In this document: in pieces, positions 20,401-29,307 of the stretch
How the letters are laid out: each line of letters begins with the position of its first letter
How positions within the stretch are numbered: the stretch's first letter is position 1
Source of the DNA: a virus
Lineage: Duplodnaviria; Caudoviricetes
Length of the DNA stretch: 64,000 nucleotides
IMG/VR virus record: IMGVR_UViG_3300032247_000928
Span: 15,904 to 79,903 of that record
Direction: 5' to 3' (one strand)
The notes under the pieces: model-generated
Database searches by the model: none
What the model was told of the DNA's origin: nothing
Seen by the model: the letters and a program-made list of their open reading frames with translations, nothing else
Position numbers and translations under genes: made by a program

Positions 20401-22931
20401 TTACCAACGGCAAGATTTAATTCATCTGAAATTGCAACAACTCTATTATCAAATGTCGTAAATAAACGTTTTAATCCATTTTCTGTTCTTGCAACCATCT
20501 CTGTAATATTTTTTTCTGCAGCCTGAGAAATTGTTTTTGAATAAGCAATTAACTCTTCTCCAGTCATTTGGCTTGATCCACCAAAGTGACCCGAATGGTA
20601 TGTTCCTGGAACATTAACTTGTTTGCCTCTTGAAATTATTGGTTCTGAAATAGAAGGCATATTTCCAGGAACACCTATAGTTGCACCAGACATACCACGT
20701 CCTGCAATTAAATTATTGACACCTCTATAACTAAAATTACTTCTAGCAGCATTTCCTGGTGCCCCAGTTAGATCTATTTTTGGCTCATATTTTCCAGTTT
20801 TTAATAATGCATTAACAGCTTCTGGATTCTCATTAACAGTTTTTGCATCAATTATTGCTTCTCCATTAGAAGCCATGATAGGAATTGAATCTGAGGTTCC
20901 AGTTCCTTTACCTCTGATAATTCCATTATTTGCAAACTTTTGTCTTTTATTTGGTGGAACCATCATTCCAGGATTTAAACTTGCAAACCTTGATGCTGCA
21001 CTGGTTGCTTCTTGATATACTGCTATAAGCCTTTGAAGGGCTTCTGCTTCTACTGTAAATTGTTGAGTAAGAGTTGCATGTGCTTGATTAAGTGAGTGAG
21101 CTGCTGCTGCAGCATCTATTTGCTCACTTGTCATATATTGTGTTTGTTCTCCTAAGTTTTGTGACTGCCCCGTTAATTTTTGATATCCAGTACGTAATGT
21201 TAAGAAAAGCTTAATAACATTTGCAACACCATTTGCAAGTAAGCCGAATGTCATAAGCAGAATAGGGCCAAGTCCACCAACAGCAACAATCATTAAAGTA
21301 ATTGCTTTTTTAGTTCCATCGGAAAGATGTGAAAATCCATTTGCAATTTTTGATACAACATTTACAACTGGAGTTATTGCTTTTAAGAATGCTTCACCTA
21401 CTGGAACAATTGCAAACTTAAGATCTTCAACAGCTTTTTTGAATTTATTCATTGGAGAATCAGCAGTAATATTTAATTCTTTATTTGATAAATATGCTAA
21501 ATCTTGAATTGATGTTCCTGCCAACTTAAGTACTTCTGATGCCTGTGTTCCATCTTTTGTAACATTTTGAAATAATGTTGATAAACGGGCAAATTGAAAT
21601 TTACCAAACATTGTTTCAATTGCTTGTGCTCTTTGAAGGGGAGCAAGCGTATCAAGTGCCATTGCAAAATCAATAACAGTTTTCTTTAAATCACCCTTGT
21701 CTTTTTGTACAATCCCTAAAATATCAACCCCAAGCCCTTTAAGCATTGTTCTTGCTTTAGTACTTGGATTAATCAAAGATGCAAGACCAGACTTAAGTGC
21801 GTTAGCACCTTCTGCTGCATTAACACCTCCTTGTTTCATTGCTGTAAGGAAGAATGCTAAGTCTTTTACATTACCACCAAGTTGTTTAATAATTGGGGCA
21901 ACTTTTGGAATTGCAGTTGTTACGTCATCAAGAGTTAAAACTGTTTGGTTTTCTACTGCGTTAAGAAAATCAATAGTACTAGTTAGATCAGCACTTGAAA
22001 TACCAAAAGCATTTTGTAGTGAAATTGTTGTTTGTAATGCTTTTTGATTATCAATTTGACCAAGAATAGAAAGTCTTGTTGCTTCTGTTGTTTGACGCTG
22101 TAAATCTAAACCTTTAAATCCTGCTGCTGCAGCATCTGCTGCAAGACCTACAGTATCTGATACTGCAACACCATATTTTGTAAATTCTTTTCCAAGTTCT
22201 TTAATATTAGCAAGCGCTTGTTGTGTTTCTGCTTGTGGGGTAAAAATATCTCCATAAACTTTTTTAAATTTAAGTGCTTGAGCTTCCATTTGCATAAATG
22301 TTTTAGATGCAGCAGAACCAACTGCAATAAGAGGAAGAGTAAATCCAACCATAAGCTGACGTCCAGCCCACTGTGTATTTTTACCAAAATTTAAAAGGTT
22401 TGTAGAACCTTGTTTCATCAACTGATTAAATAATGCTTGTTTTTGTGCAGCAATCTGAGTTTGTGTTGCAAAACTACTCATATCTAATTGATTTGGAGTA
22501 ATAGCAATAGCCTTCATAGCTCCAGATGCATCACGACCCATTTTAATATACTGAGTTTGTAGCTTTTTTACACGGTCTTCTGCTACCTTACCAATTGTGT
22601 CATATTCTGATTTAAATAATTGACCAAATGTTTTTGTTGATGCCCCCGCATAGCGGAAGTATTCTCGCATTGAAAACTTATTCTTTTCAAGAGAACTTGT
22701 AAATGACTCTGATGTTGTTTTTACAGTTCGGAACTCTGCAGAGAAAGCTCCAATAGAACTTATACTATTAAGAAAATTTCTCTGCAGATCCCTTTGAGCA
22801 AGTGCTGCTGCTTCGCTAGATTTAGCGACTGAAGTATGAAATAACGATATCTGACGTTGTAAGGACTTAAGTTGGTCTAATGCTGCAGACGTATTAATAT
22901 TTACGCCAATATTAGCATTTACATCAGACAT
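17418..22931 (-). CDS. tape measure protein
   Basis: 1837 aa Ala/helical protein; core with GVNAAEGANALKSGL; hydrophobic mid-segments; position after the chaperones. Confidence 0.92.
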   Translation of the reverse strand: MSDVNANIGVNINTSAALDQLKSLQRQISLFHTSVAKSSEAAALAQRDLQRNFLNSISSIGAFSAEFRTVKTTSESFTSSLEKNKFSMREYFRYAGASTKTFGQLFKSEYDTIGKVAEDRVKKLQTQYIKMGRDASGAMKAIAITPNQLDMSSFATQTQIAAQKQALFNQLMKQGSTNLLNFGKNTQWAGRQLMVGFTLPLIAVGSAASKTFMQMEAQALKFKKVYGDIFTPQAETQQALANIKELGKEFTKYGVAVSDTVGLAADAAAAGFKGLDLQRQTTEATRLSILGQIDNQKALQTTISLQNAFGISSADLTSTIDFLNAVENQTVLTLDDVTTAIPKVAPIIKQLGGNVKDLAFFLTAMKQGGVNAAEGANALKSGLASLINPSTKARTMLKGLGVDILGIVQKDKGDLKKTVIDFAMALDTLAPLQRAQAIETMFGKFQFARLSTLFQNVTKDGTQASEVLKLAGTSIQDLAYLSNKELNITADSPMNKFKKAVEDLKFAIVPVGEAFLKAITPVVNVVSKIANGFSHLSDGTKKAITLMIVAVGGLGPILLMTFGLLANGVANVIKLFLTLRTGYQKLTGQSQNLGEQTQYMTSEQIDAAAAAHSLNQAHATLTQQFTVEAEALQRLIAVYQEATSAASRFASLNPGMMVPPNKRQKFANNGIIRGKGTGTSDSIPIMASNGEAIIDAKTVNENPEAVNALLKTGKYEPKIDLTGAPGNAARSNFSYRGVNNLIAGRGMSGATIGVPGNMPSISEPIISRGKQVNVPGTYHSGHFGGSSQMTGEELIAYSKTISQAAEKNITEMVARTENGLKRLFTTFDNRVVAISDELNLAVGKSGSGQTAPIALAKRDLITRGSVAHPELVDQLKQAGVPIEQIKTTVAKVTTEIENGFTKLGDVAVVTADDLDKIIKEAYIAVSKTDKNVETAYAKMQRVTAVADVEARGGKQNRISLGKSYKDKRSTYGIGMQEVANGSVPYSTTGAFQINDAMAAEAQKTKEFLAITYKQLSDEVKIKLSLIKDDVKLFTKTLMEEAKLAGIAGFEVGDQAIKGIAEGTDSHSDSKKAIVQGKNVINGFVNAIKGGEKNATVAGEQLGNAGITGIQNATQSGRRVAIRAQGAPLSQVSAQLVSAPQTEEEIKKFSNSLKETSPKLLKMNNALQGGSFALMGLSGVAQMFGGTLGNISSVIFNVSGALFALQTITQLLTQAKLLEVVATRANTVAQAMGATAFKTLFVGVASWGARLLTAGRFALNFLGPWGKLAAIAITIGVSLFAYNKAQQAAKEKTEAFSNALVTTTDQLKSLGDYFGTQPAISALEKKTGFAPGTAAQISAADKFRESDSFKKYGTPTVKALKNLNDTQATQVLNAKMFELLGAGFSKDQIQIIIQAIQQEAKRTDLKIDFGNINLDKLPADILKDFEKESKKFKTGAWIQTVLGTKQERDKAMVPFKSEAGIINKYLNGISSALVSGQINGKQFNTMFDSLVVSLQKMPDQSNAIILLDTALKAMAPDVARAAIGVKDFKDKLLLLRAASVGLGDQISKEMIKALSYSGVDPILNDIKGRTQADITAMIEKQTKELVAAQKAALSAAGGTTPGGADVLSKQSKLAIANMQKELDLLKTKRDVINGTNDDLKRQYDYQQKLMQLQSDATQAKISGNYIGAAIIGAQKSFETSQFNKTTDAQVLDDKIKTLENEISAIQATNKVTAAQAALAKAKGKATGGLIQGPGTGISDSIMARFAGGGLPQLTVSNGEYIVQAKAVQNYGVGFMDAINNQKVSAINSNTSSTSGDTVYNVNMTVNGGNANASDIADQVIRRLKVETSKINKSNMVRM

Positions 22932-22956
22932 GTATCACCTCTTTTAAGTTTTATTT

Positions 22957-23271
22957 TTATGCAAGAATGTCTGCTACAGAACCAAGTTCAATACCTGATG
23001 CTGCTTCAACAATCTTATATACAGTTGGAAGATCAAGAATCTCTTCTAATGCATCTAAGTCGTTAGCCAGTTCTGGCTTATACTGCTTCATAGCAATCTG
23101 TACGCATTCAATTAAAAGAGTCATTGACTTTTCATTGTTGTCTGCCACCGCTGCCACACCTTCAAACTTCTTCATAAATGGGCGAAGTAGAGAAATTTTG
23201 AGAGGTCTAACCTCAATCTCTGTCCCATCAATGAGCGTAAGTTTGTTACTCTCATGTACTATTGTTGCCAT
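22957..23271 (-). CDS. tail assembly chaperone, short (G-like) form
   Basis: 104 aa between the major tail and TMP genes; clear paralogue of the N-half of 23298..24008; own TGCTATAAT and SD GGAGG. Confidence 0.7.
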   Translation of the reverse strand: MATIVHESNKLTLIDGTEIEVRPLKISLLRPFMKKFEGVAAVADNNEKSMTLLIECVQIAMKQYKPELANDLDALEEILDLPTVYKIVEAASGIELGSVADILA

Positions 23272-23297
23272 TGTTCCTCCTATATAGGCTATGTCAA

Positions 23298-24008
23298 TTA
23301 TAGCATAGCGGAGGGGTCTCTAACGTCTTCATAATCAAGTCCCATACCAATACCAAACCCTACCTTTTCTGCATTAATGCCTTGTAATGCAAGAACATCA
23401 TTACTATCAGATGTGGCACCTCCACTGAAGACTCTTGCTTTCATGTCTTCCCATTCTTTTTGACCTTTATCGTTATCGTTTTCTGCATCTAGGTCAACTC
23501 CTTGAATGGCTGCTAAAAATTTTTTTTCTTCATAATCTAATTCTCTTTTACTCGCTAAAGTTGCCATAAGTTCTGGCATAGATATAGATATTTCTAATTG
23601 ATAATAATCTTTCCATATGCCCAATAAAAATACTTCTGATTCTAATTTTGCTAAATCTAATGTATCCCAAGTGATAACATTTTCACTTGCTTGTGTTTTT
23701 ACTGGTTCTTCTGATGTGGCTTTTATTTTTATTCCTGCTGCAATATCTAGGGTTTCATATATATTAGGCAAATCAATATTATTTTCAATATCCTCAATAC
23801 TTCCAGAAATTGATGGGCAATATTGTTTCATTGCTATTCTTACACATTCTACCAAAAGGCCAATTGCTTCATCATCATTTTCTGCAGTTTGAACAATTTG
23901 AAAAGCATCCATAAACTCACGAAGATACTTTATTTTTAAAGGCATTGCCTCTAATTCAGTTCCGTCAATAAGTTTAATTATTTTATTATTATAAACAGTT
24001 GTAGCCAT
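23298..24008 (-). CDS. tail assembly chaperone, long (G-T-like) form
   Basis: The N-half matches the 104-aa ORF (LIDGTE.E..PLKI..LR.FM...EC V.IAMKQY); it has an extra C-terminal domain; start moved to MATTV. Confidence 0.7.
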   Translation of the reverse strand: MATTVYNNKIIKLIDGTELEAMPLKIKYLREFMDAFQIVQTAENDDEAIGLLVECVRIAMKQYCPSISGSIEDIENNIDLPNIYETLDIAAGIKIKATSEEPVKTQASENVITWDTLDLAKLESEVFLLGIWKDYYQLEISISMPELMATLASKRELDYEEKKFLAAIQGVDLDAENDNDKGQKEWEDMKARVFSGGATSDSNDVLALQGINAEKVGFGIGMGLDYEDVRDPSAML

Positions 24009-24041
24009 ATTATTCAATTTTAGCACATAGAAACAACAAAA

Positions 24042-24062
24042 CCCACTATTTTTAATAGTGGG
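24042..24062 (-). terminator. intrinsic terminator after the major tail gene
   Basis: CCCACTATT-TTT-AATAGTGGG hairpin followed by TTTTG on the minus strand. Confidence 0.75.
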
Positions 24063-24085
24063 CTAAGTCGTATAATTATATTAAA

Positions 24086-24724
24086 TTATGATGCTATTGT
24101 ATGTGTACGATCTACGATCTTACCATATGAGCCTGAGACGTCTTCTGGTAGAAGACGGAAATTAACAGCAAACTCTGATGCCGCATCACGCTTTGCCATT
24201 ACTGACACATTATCAATTGACAATGCACGGTATGCAGTATAAACACGTTCTACTGTTGTAGAATTAATGCAATCACCAGTACCTGGACCAATTGCAACAA
24301 TTCCACGTTCTACTGGACATTCACCAATATCTCCTGCTGAAAGATCAAGTGCACGGCCAGCCGAAGATGACTTTGTGCCTGAAATCTTTGAATCCTTATA
24401 TGCAAGTGCAAGAAGAAGGTTTTCTAGTGTTGCTTCTGCAAAAGAAGTTTTTAGATCAACCTTCATACCTTGCTTATAAAGTTTTGCAACGTCAAGAATT
24501 TGATCAACCGAAACTTCACCGAAGGTTGGTTGAAACATTAATTCAAGGCCGTTTGTTGTGTAGCCTACGTTTGTGTAATCTACGTCATTTGTAAGGGTAT
24601 CCTTAAAAGACTTAGTAGATTCAAATGCTGTAAGGCTTGCTGCATCAAGAGTTGTGTCTGCAACAAAAAGTGCTGCTGCACCAACGATAATGTTGGTTGA
24701 TGTACCACGACTATAATTAGCCAT
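24086..24724 (-). CDS. major tail (tube) protein
   Basis: 212 aa; NIIVGAAALF...VGYTTNGLEL...VDQILD pattern of actinophage tail tubes; followed by a terminator. Confidence 0.8.
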   Translation of the reverse strand: MANYSRGTSTNIIVGAAALFVADTTLDAASLTAFESTKSFKDTLTNDVDYTNVGYTTNGLELMFQPTFGEVSVDQILDVAKLYKQGMKVDLKTSFAEATLENLLLALAYKDSKISGTKSSSAGRALDLSAGDIGECPVERGIVAIGPGTGDCINSTTVERVYTAYRALSIDNVSVMAKRDAASEFAVNFRLLPEDVSGSYGKIVDRTHTIAS

Positions 24725-24804
24725 ATTTTCACCTCTTTTTTCTAAATAGGGTTATTAAATTGTTTTTGGCGCTGTGTTTCCTCAAACTCAGTATAACAGC
24801 ATTT

Positions 24805-25338
24805 TTAATTATATAAAGATGTTGTAGCGTGATAGTCATACTCAATAATGATCTTGCCACGCCAGTTAAATTTCACTGACCCTAGTTTTAGGATATCGGC
24901 TGTTTGGTCAATCTGAAATACCCTAAAAGCATGAAAAAATACATTAAGAGCAGGGAGTTTATCTTTATTTTGACTAAGCCATGTATTTACATCTTGGCCT
25001 GCTGCATCTTCACGGTCTAAAGCTTCAATGATTACCCTTGAAATATCAAGGCCTTTTGCACTATCTGCTGCATGTATTGTATAAACTAATTGCTCTCTTT
25101 TATTCCAATATGTAGTATCAGACCCATATCTAATTAATCTATCATATGCTATTAAAAAAGCATCCCCAGTAACGGTAATTTCGTCATATAGGTCATCAAT
25201 ATTTGTTGCCTGTACTGGGATTATTGGCTCAATGCCTTCAATTCCCGTGACAAGGTCAAAAGTTTTTAATTGATCAATAATGTATTTATTAATAAAAACT
25301 GGTGGAAATACTGTTTGTAATGCTACGCTCTCTGCCAT
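24805..25338 (-). CDS. putative tail terminator protein
   Basis: Synteny: immediately upstream of the major tail gene. Confidence 0.5.
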   Translation of the reverse strand: MAESVALQTVFPPVFINKYIIDQLKTFDLVTGIEGIEPIIPVQATNIDDLYDEITVTGDAFLIAYDRLIRYGSDTTYWNKREQLVYTIHAADSAKGLDISRVIIEALDREDAAGQDVNTWLSQNKDKLPALNVFFHAFRVFQIDQTADILKLGSVKFNWRGKIIIEYDYHATTSLYN

Positions 25339-25342
25339 AATA

Positions 25343-26020
25343 TTATGCTACTCCAATTTTTGCGTTTGCTATCCATTTAAAGCCAGTTTCAACTCCAACT
25401 GATTTTCCAGCTTTTGATCCTGCAGTAAAATTTTTCTTATAAATTATTGGATTTTTAATATAATTATATATTCCAGATGATTTTAAAAATGATTGTTTAA
25501 AATATATATTAAAAAATTCATCAACTATTTTTTGAAAAGATCCTTGAACTGCTTTTCCTCCTGGGTTTTCAACTGTAATTTCTTTTTCTGTAAATATGGT
25601 TTCTCCATCAATTTCAAATACAAGTTTATTTCCTTTTTTAGGAGAAATTGTTACTGGAATTCCTTCTTCCATAATTTTTGCTTTATCATAGAATGGTGTA
25701 TTTGATCCATTAGAAACAGTTTGTGATTGACTGAATGTTGATTTAAAAGATAGTCCAATATTGCTTACAGTGTAATTAAAATTATATAATCTTGCGCTTG
25801 GACTTCCAGTTTGATACCATTCATAAATATGATGAAGTGCTTTTGGATTTGATCTTGCTTCTGCATCAACATATTGTTTTAATACCTCAATAACGCCAAT
25901 ACCGAGATTATTTAAAAATACAGTTTTACCTTTTTCTACTCCATCTAAAAATCCGATTGAATATTCATAAATATTAAAAAGTTTTTTTTCAAATTCTTTT
26001 GTATTAAGTGTTATTTGCAT
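25343..26020 (-). CDS. neck / tail-completion protein
   Basis: Synteny within the head-tail joining cluster. Confidence 0.45.
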   Translation of the reverse strand: MQITLNTKEFEKKLFNIYEYSIGFLDGVEKGKTVFLNNLGIGVIEVLKQYVDAEARSNPKALHHIYEWYQTGSPSARLYNFNYTVSNIGLSFKSTFSQSQTVSNGSNTPFYDKAKIMEEGIPVTISPKKGNKLVFEIDGETIFTEKEITVENPGGKAVQGSFQKIVDEFFNIYFKQSFLKSSGIYNYIKNPIIYKKNFTAGSKAGKSVGVETGFKWIANAKIGVA

Positions 26021-26484
26021 TATCCACCAACTGTTTGATTTTCTGATCTACGCCAAAGCATATAATAAAACTCAACTGTTTGAAGTCCACCAATAAATGG
26101 CTCAAGAGTTGATATTTCAAAGATTGTTCCTTTTCCGCTTCTAACTCCTGCTGTTTCTCTATAGATTAATTTATCTCCTGGAAATCTTACATTTTCTATT
26201 AGAATATTAGTTAAATTATTATTTTCGCCTTTTGTTGAAGTTCTTACATCAACTTTAGATCTTGTTTTTAATTTTCCATCTAATTGAAGAAATACTTCGG
26301 GAGCTAGTTCTTCTTGAAGTCTGACTGTAAATGGTTGGGCGTTGCAAGCAATTGTTCTATCAAATACCCATTCTTTTACTGCTTTTCCATATTCGTCTTG
26401 GCTAATTATTGCATAGTAAACATCAGCAAGCATTGGAAACATAAAATCTGTTGTATCACAGGAATTTGATGATGCTCCATACAT
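26020..26484 (-). CDS. head-to-tail stopper-like protein
   Basis: Synteny; ADVYYA..SQDEYGK..KEW pattern. Confidence 0.5.
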   Translation of the reverse strand: MYGASSNSCDTTDFMFPMLADVYYAIISQDEYGKAVKEWVFDRTIACNAQPFTVRLQEELAPEVFLQLDGKLKTRSKVDVRTSTKGENNNLTNILIENVRFPGDKLIYRETAGVRSGKGTIFEISTLEPFIGGLQTVEFYYMLWRRSENQTVGG

Positions 26485-27470
26485 TACAACATCCCTGGGG
26501 TGCGTAGATTTGTTATGTACTTATCAAGGATAATATCAACCATAATATTTCCAGTACCAAAGAATTTAGATGGATCATATTTTAAAGTAAACTGATCTGT
26601 TTGATATTCAGCAATATATGCTTTATAATGATCCATTTTTCCACATTTAATATCTTCAATCATCATTCCTACTGCATCACGCACATCATTTGGAATAACT
26701 TTATACCCTGCATCATAGACAAAAATATAATCAAATCCTTCTGGGAATGAAACAGCAGGATTACGTGTATTAATCCACATATTATCAAAATTTTCATATG
26801 GAGCATATGTATAAAATGAATCTGATCCAGCGTCTCTATATTTTAGGGGTTTGCGCTCATTACGATTCTTTGGTTCATACTGACTTGTATCTGTAGGTAC
26901 CTTAACAATTGATGTTCTATCTTTTGTAATAATATAATCAAACCCTGCAAGGGCTGGTCCATTAACTATATCTGTAATGTCGTATACCAATACGCCATTC
27001 TCATAAACCTGATCAATCTTATAAATTGTTTCCCAGACTGGCATGTAGTCTGTGCCTTGACCAACTACCTCAAGGACTTTCTTTTTAAAAGTAAAACCAC
27101 GAGTAATTAATGAATCAACTATTGCTCTTGCAATACGTTCATTATATGTTGCTTCTGCAATTTCTGTTGCAGTTGTTCCTAAAGTTTTTGGGTCTACATA
27201 TGGTCTAATTATGCTAAGAATATCTTGAACTAAAATATGCTCTTCTGGGTTATCATTAATTTCATAAATTTGAACTGAATAATCATGATCATAAGTGATG
27301 AAGTCACCAGTTAAAGTAAAAGTAACTTGTGAATTTTCATCTGATGTTAGGGTTACTGATGCTTCAATTGTTCTTGGAGCATTTTCAATTGTAAATAAAT
27401 AATCTGTATGTGGCATTGGAACATCATACTTAACATCAATTGGATATGGTGGGAGTCTAAGAATGATCAT
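26484..27470 (-). CDS. head-to-tail adaptor-like protein
   Basis: Synteny; C-terminal YDAGYKVIPNDVRDAVGMMIED resembles gp15/gp6-type adaptors. Confidence 0.55.
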   Translation of the reverse strand: MIILRLPPYPIDVKYDVPMPHTDYLFTIENAPRTIEASVTLTSDENSQVTFTLTGDFITYDHDYSVQIYEINDNPEEHILVQDILSIIRPYVDPKTLGTTATEIAEATYNERIARAIVDSLITRGFTFKKKVLEVVGQGTDYMPVWETIYKIDQVYENGVLVYDITDIVNGPALAGFDYIITKDRTSIVKVPTDTSQYEPKNRNERKPLKYRDAGSDSFYTYAPYENFDNMWINTRNPAVSFPEGFDYIFVYDAGYKVIPNDVRDAVGMMIEDIKCGKMDHYKAYIAEYQTDQFTLKYDPSKFFGTGNIMVDIILDKYITNLRTPGML

Positions 27471-27472
27471 TA

Positions 27473-27814
27473 TTATTTCCCGTAGTGTTTTGCTACCTCT
27501 TGGGGTGTCGCTGTGCGAACCTTATCGTGGGTAAGCCACTTTTCGGAAACCTCCTTGGTTACAATGTTATAGCCTTTTACAACTTCTCCAACACCGTTCC
27601 AGAAGATATTACGCTCTGAAAATAGTGCTACTTTTTCTTCTACAGGCTTTACAATTTTTGGTACTGCTATTGATTCTTCTTTTGGTGTCCAACTAGCAAT
27701 TACCTCAAGCATATGAGCCTTTGTTTTTACCCCAAATAAATCAATATTATTTTTCTTTGCATAAGACTTTATTTCCATAACAGTCTTTTTAGACAAATCT
27801 TCAATAATAGACAT
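27473..27814 (-). CDS. hypothetical protein with an N-terminal Rho-N/HeH-like helix pair
   Basis: LSKKTVMEIKSYAKKNNI motif; own TGGTATAAT and SD. Confidence 0.5.
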   Translation of the reverse strand: MSIIEDLSKKTVMEIKSYAKKNNIDLFGVKTKAHMLEVIASWTPKEESIAVPKIVKPVEEKVALFSERNIFWNGVGEVVKGYNIVTKEVSEKWLTHDKVRTATPQEVAKHYGK

Positions 27815-27842
27815 TAGTTCCTCCTATGTCATTATACCAGAA

Positions 27843-28100
27843 TTAGCGGGTTCTTCTTCTATATGTTGAACTATAACTTCTAAAATTATTTTGTGATGGC
27901 AAACGAATTCCGTTTGGTGTTCCAGATGGATTAACTGCATTTGGTCCTGACGTATCACCCATATTTGGTTCTCCAAGTGTTCCCATTGTATTAACTTGTA
28001 AACCACCTGGTCCCATAACAATTACTCCTGGATTTCCAAGTGTAACAATTGCACCCTCAGCAATATGAGTGTGTCCTTCTGGTGTTCCTGGATATGACAT
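27843..28100 (-). CDS. 85-aa paralogue of the major capsid protein N-terminal arm
   Basis: YPGTPEGHTH.AEG...GPNAVNPSGTPNGIRLPSQ aligns with MCP YPGTTQGHTHTGEG...GPNGVNPVGTPGGILLPEQ; SD GGAG. Confidence 0.75.
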   Translation of the reverse strand: MSYPGTPEGHTHIAEGAIVTLGNPGVIVMGPGGLQVNTMGTLGEPNMGDTSGPNAVNPSGTPNGIRLPSQNNFRSYSSTYRRRTR

Positions 28101-28124
28101 TATTACTCCTTATTAATGACTAAA

Positions 28125-28148
28125 GGGGACGGATTTTATACCGTCCCC
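28125..28148 (-). terminator. intrinsic terminator after the major capsid gene
   Basis: GGGGACGG-N8-CCGTCCCC hairpin followed by TTTAGT on the minus strand. Confidence 0.7.
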
Positions 28149-28167
28149 CAAGTCAATCGTTTAGCGA

Positions 28168-29280
28168 TTATGAGTTGTTTGCTGCTGTTGCAAATGCAAC
28201 TGCGTCAAGTTCTTCCCACTGAATACCAAAGCGGACGAATACTGTGTATTCAATTGTGTCCTTCTTTGGCTGGTAGAAACGGTTTACAGTGATATCACGC
28301 TGGAATCCCCATACACGGTTCTGAGGGAATGTAAGATCTACATAACCTGCAGGGTAGTAAGGAACTTCCTGAACTTCAACACCGAGAACACGAGTTGTAC
28401 GTGCTCCACCAAATGTCTGAGCGTTACCGTCGTAGTATGCCTGACGATTAGCCTCAGTACCACCAAGACGTGGCGTAAATGCTTCTGCAATTGCATCTGC
28501 AAGTGTACCGTTATTCTTGACAATACCTTGGAATGCATCTGTACCAGCATAGAACTTAAGATTGTTCTTGATTGCACGATACTTACGTGGCATTGCGAGG
28601 ATGATATTTTGAAGTACTGGTGTAGTCCAGTTGTTATCAGCAACTGTTACGTATGACTCGTGTGAGTCTCCGCCCTGTGCCTTTGAAACGAAGCCTTCCA
28701 TGATTGAAAGGAAGTTTCCTGTTGAACCGTCACCGTTGATCGCAAGATCTTCAATGTCGTTTGCAAAAGCAGTTGTCATCAAACGTACTAGATGATCTTC
28801 AAGAGCTCCACCTTCTACGTTATCTTCTAGTGCTTCTGTTGATACTTCCCAGTCCAGACGAATCTTCTTAGTAGTCAATTCAACCTTTGAGAAAGTTGCG
28901 CCTGCATTTGTAAATGTAGGGTCTGCTTGTGCTGCTGCACGAATTACACGCTCACCAACGTTAACTTTTTCAAGTTCCATTGTGTTGGCTCTCATAGTAA
29001 CTCTACGTCCATCCTTAGCGAGAACTGTAGCATCCCACACATAATCAATGAAGCGACGTGCTTGTTCAGGCAATAGAATACCGCCTGGAGTACCTACTGG
29101 ATTAACTCCATTAGGACCTTCAGTTCCGTAATTTGCACCTGCAATGTTACCCATAACGCCAAGACGACCATTAGCAATGGCTGCTGCGTTACCAGTAGAG
29201 CCAGATGCTACTGAGCCCTCACCTGTATGAGTGTGGCCCTGTGTTGTACCTGGATAGTTTTTTACGATATCTTCTGACAT
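28168..29280 (-). CDS. major capsid protein (HK97 fold)
   Basis: GGILLPEQARRFID...ELTTKKIRL.WEVSTEALEDN...FANDIEDLAINGD; follows the protease gene; SD AGGAGG. Confidence 0.92.
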   Translation of the reverse strand: MSEDIVKNYPGTTQGHTHTGEGSVASGSTGNAAAIANGRLGVMGNIAGANYGTEGPNGVNPVGTPGGILLPEQARRFIDYVWDATVLAKDGRRVTMRANTMELEKVNVGERVIRAAAQADPTFTNAGATFSKVELTTKKIRLDWEVSTEALEDNVEGGALEDHLVRLMTTAFANDIEDLAINGDGSTGNFLSIMEGFVSKAQGGDSHESYVTVADNNWTTPVLQNIILAMPRKYRAIKNNLKFYAGTDAFQGIVKNNGTLADAIAEAFTPRLGGTEANRQAYYDGNAQTFGGARTTRVLGVEVQEVPYYPAGYVDLTFPQNRVWGFQRDITVNRFYQPKKDTIEYTVFVRFGIQWEELDAVAFATAANNS

Positions 29281-29307
29281 ATTGTTCACCTCCTAGTGAT
29301 TTTTATG

